NCBI GenBank assembly: GCA_041601615.1
Contig: JBFIHX010000001.1
Coordinates: 288,001 to 352,000 of the forward strand
DNA length: 64,000 nt
Direction of reading: 5' to 3'
From: Thermoplasmatota archaeon
Lineage (GTDB): Archaea > Thermoplasmatota > E2 > JACPAO01 > JAHFTW01
Shown here: positions 63,201 to 64,000 of the stretch, piece after piece
Layout of the letters: each line of letters begins with the position of its first letter
Numbering within the stretch: position 1 is the stretch's first letter
Program-made: the position numbers and the translations under genes
Notes under the pieces: generated by a model
The model's database searches: none
Seen by the model: only the letters and a program-made list of their open reading frames with translations
What the model was told of the DNA's origin: nothing

Positions 63201-64000
63201 CGAACACGAGCAGGGACTCGAACAGGCTCTGGCCGCGAGCCAGTGGACTCCAGGATTGGATTTCGGGCAGCGGGACGTGTTCGTGGTCGCGCATTTCGAT
63301 CTGTTGTCGTTGCAGGCCCATGAGCCAGTTGGGCACGGTCTCGTTGTCGGGGAGGCGGACGCGCACGGGGAGGGTGTTGATGAACAATCCAACCATGGAT
63401 TCGACGCCGTCGAGTTCTGCGGGGCGGCCGCTGACGGTGGCGCCAAACAGCACGTCGTCGCGGTCGTTGTGGCGGCCGAGGACCACGGCCCAGGCGGCTT
63501 GGAGGACGGTGCTGAGGGTGACGCGGGTCCGGCGGGCGAGGTCTTGCAGGGCCTGGAGGGTGCCCGTGTCGAGGTGGGTGGAGACTTCGCCGGGTAGCAG
63601 GGATTTGGTGCCGGTGGCAAGGTTTGCGGATCCACCTTCGAAGGGCAGGGGCGTTGGAGATTCGAGGCCAGCGAGCGCGTTTTGCCAGTAGGTTTTGGCT
63701 GCGGCGGGGTCTTTGTTTTGCAGGTGGGCTACGAACGCAGAAAACGGCCGGGGCTCGGGGAGTTCTAGCGCTTGGTCTTTGCAGTGGGCGCTGTAGGCTT
63801 GGCCGAGTTCGTCGAGCAAGACGGGGAGGCTCCAGCCGTCGAGGAGGGTGTGGTGGTTGGTCCAGACCATGTGGTGTTGTTCGGGGGCGTGCTGGATGAG
63901 GGCGACGCGCATCAGGGGGGGTGCTGCGAGGTCGAAGCCTCGGATGCGGTCTTCGTCGAGGAACGCTTCCAATCGTGCCTCAAGGGCGGCGGCGGAGTCG
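57277..64000 (-). CDS. Multimodular NRPS, 5'-truncated by the window edge: C-A-T-C-A-T-TE
   Basis: HHTLLDGWS (C), YTSGSTGKPKG/NGKVD (A1), GGHSL (T1), HHIAFDGWS (C), TSGSDGRPKG/HGRVD (A2), GGDSI (T2) and GWSFG...H (TE). The frame stays open to base 64000. Confidence 0.96.
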   Translation of the reverse strand, partial: DSAAALEARLEAFLDEDRIRGFDLAAPPLMRVALIQHAPEQHHMVWTNHHTLLDGWSLPVLLDELGQAYSAHCKDQALELPEPRPFSAFVAHLQNKDPAAAKTYWQNALAGLESPTPLPFEGGSANLATGTKSLLPGEVSTHLDTGTLQALQDLARRTRVTLSTVLQAAWAVVLGRHNDRDDVLFGATVSGRPAELDGVESMVGLFINTLPVRVRLPDNETVPNWLMGLQRQQIEMRDHEHVPLPEIQSWSPLARGQSLFESLLVFENYPWSEGSKQALPIQSVQGLSRTNFPLSLVAAPGDGLGLRLFFDTSRFDDAGIQRLMEHLTHVLEGLAHAPPTATVGDLGILGANESARLAHWGQTTTHVAPACIHDLVHARATADPKAIAVEQAGIKYTYQELQARSNAFAACLRAIGIEHGTVLALALKPSPDAVAAALGTFQAGAAYVPVDPEYPADRIAHMLQDSQAQCIITTSDLADRFTDTGADLILLDDESTWKAPAAFAPVETKPRDLAYIIYTSGSTGKPKGVLVEHQGAAALAAAQQAAFDIQPGTRVLQFASWSFDASVWEMLMALANGATLCLMPQRVAGEALQSFLVQETIHAATLPPTVLRSLEPESLPNLRVVVSAGEELAADLCNAWAHGRSMFNAYGPTESTVCASIKQCQVGDGTPTIGKPFAGARIVLLDTKKRPVPAGVAGELCIGGDCLARGYHDRPELTADRFINDPTQPDDATARLYRTGDLARWNPDGELEFLGRIDHQVKIRGHRIECGEVENALRAHPLVADAFAMALPDPAGGQRLVAYLLGDNVPAAPDLRSFLAQTLPDAMIPSAFVALEALPLTPNGKVDRKALPAPEDIARLGSNHIAPRDPVEQILASIWTRVLGATRVGVHDDFFELGGHSLTATQVVSRIRNALDMEVPLKTLFSARTLEALAHEVRRLRDDGSGLLVPPVTRFDGNDETESAPLSFSQQRLWFLDQWEPGSAVYNIPAFYRLSGILDVRALESALSETIRRHHVLRTTYTTDDEGQPTQLVGPHDRQPLEIIDLTHIPVADREQAAQAIANEESRKPFDLAHGPVYRVKLLRLARDDHWMLLGFHHIAFDGWSMSVLLHEIGVLYEAYHAGTPHSLPDPEVQYGDFARWQRQHLDETALAKQMKHWHKELAHVQSLDLPTDRPRPKVQSFRGSHRWFALPSHLSERLKTFAREEGVTLFMPLLAAFETILHRWSGQEDFAIGTPVAGRTRAETEGLLGFFVNTLVLGADVQGDPSFRELLSRVRDSCLDAYANQDVPFERLVSELHPQRDTSRSPLFQAMFALQDDAMEGNKWGGVRVGGIPVSSNASKFDITMFVADAEERLEGLVEYRSDLFDATTMDRLCNQFQALIEAVLNDPDTPLSGLSLLPAAERELVLHTWNQTSAPYPDAHCIHDLVQEQRHRTPDAPAVLHGDSTWTYAQLDDRAEAIAAHIKASGTQPGDHVAVLLERSTDTPAALLGVLKAGAVYVPIAPSAPRDRIAYILNDAHIKTVLHHAKQEALLGTWPGTRITLDSIPHEAPRVETQGNLPGPQAPAIITYTSGSDGRPKGVVLHHQAISNLAEASKTALGIHPKSRVLQYASAGDDGSILEMIGTLANGASLIIPTPSTTPLGANLHRILAEQEITSVLLPPAVLATLPPDVQLPHLERLLTRGDPLPPALARTWARKVSLANAYGLTEATVIATLAEISADHQGTTPIGRPIANNRAYVLGAHLQPVPVGIAGELCIAGTGLATDYINRPGLANERFVEAPFATGERMHRTGDIARWRPDGQLEYLGRMDDQINIRGHRIDPGEIEAALHEQAEIATAVATIREDEPGNPRLIAYIVHGDGKQRTPEALRAALARTLPDSMIPSAIVPLDAMPLTLHGRVDKTALPAPGASPQTADHHQAPRTELERTLFNIWSKVLKRDHVGIHDNFFDIGGDSILTIRVIALAEQQGIHLEPKQLFEFQNIEELANAIETGTAASNGSIVSFGQRSNNPLFLVHAAAGGAGPFAPLARMLPHHALHAFQAPGIQEGTTPNSSITELAKQYLHDMRTIQPQAPYTLGGWSFGALIAHEMTRILEADGHTVDQLVLLEPTPTFNLASHLKTKVELEDGPIGPEILQLVGLTPDQEPDRADVARRLAVRQAHIQAMLEHEPGTVQAPAILLVTDDTRAQLPTLVSSWYKHLSKAPREATIPGTHDHILEPGFVEDLAETLNAHLTPKEVA

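Overview
GC-rich, gene-dense window from an archaeon, most likely an uncultured Thermoplasmatota/euryarchaeote. Archaeal markers are a short archaeal-type triosephosphate isomerase, a DUF63 protein, an HTH-DRTGG regulator, Hel308, Cgi121 (KEOPS), tRNA-Arg with a GCG anticodon and no encoded CCA, and archaeosortase-like C-terminal signals; SMC-ScpAB and DNA gyrase are also present. Positions 1-52,100 hold core and accessory genes: ilvA, an EamA transporter, a 4-repeat OAA-family lectin, an atypical RNase R, asnS, vapBC, glpD, a GST Xi, smc-scpA-scpB-gyrB-gyrA, two paralogous ~700-aa surface proteins, a mutase B12-binding subunit with meaB, a CheB-CheR-kinase fusion, glycerate kinase, hel308 and cgi121. 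The standout is at the right end. About 250 bp past the 3' end of tRNA-Arg(GCG) lies a translationally coupled, convergently transcribed hybrid NRPS/type I PKS assembly line that runs off the window: ...C(DCL)-A(Phe)-T-C-A*-T-TE, then A-T, then KS-AT-ACP. Modular PKS/NRPS hybrids are, to my knowledge, essentially uncharacterised in Archaea. The terminal A domain has lost its catalytic lysine and the gene order appears non-collinear, which suggests unusual chemistry. Also notable is a perfect 30-bp alternating purine-pyrimidine (Z-DNA-prone) tract beginning in the gyrBA TATA box. All family assignments come from motif recognition by eye; no database searches were run.
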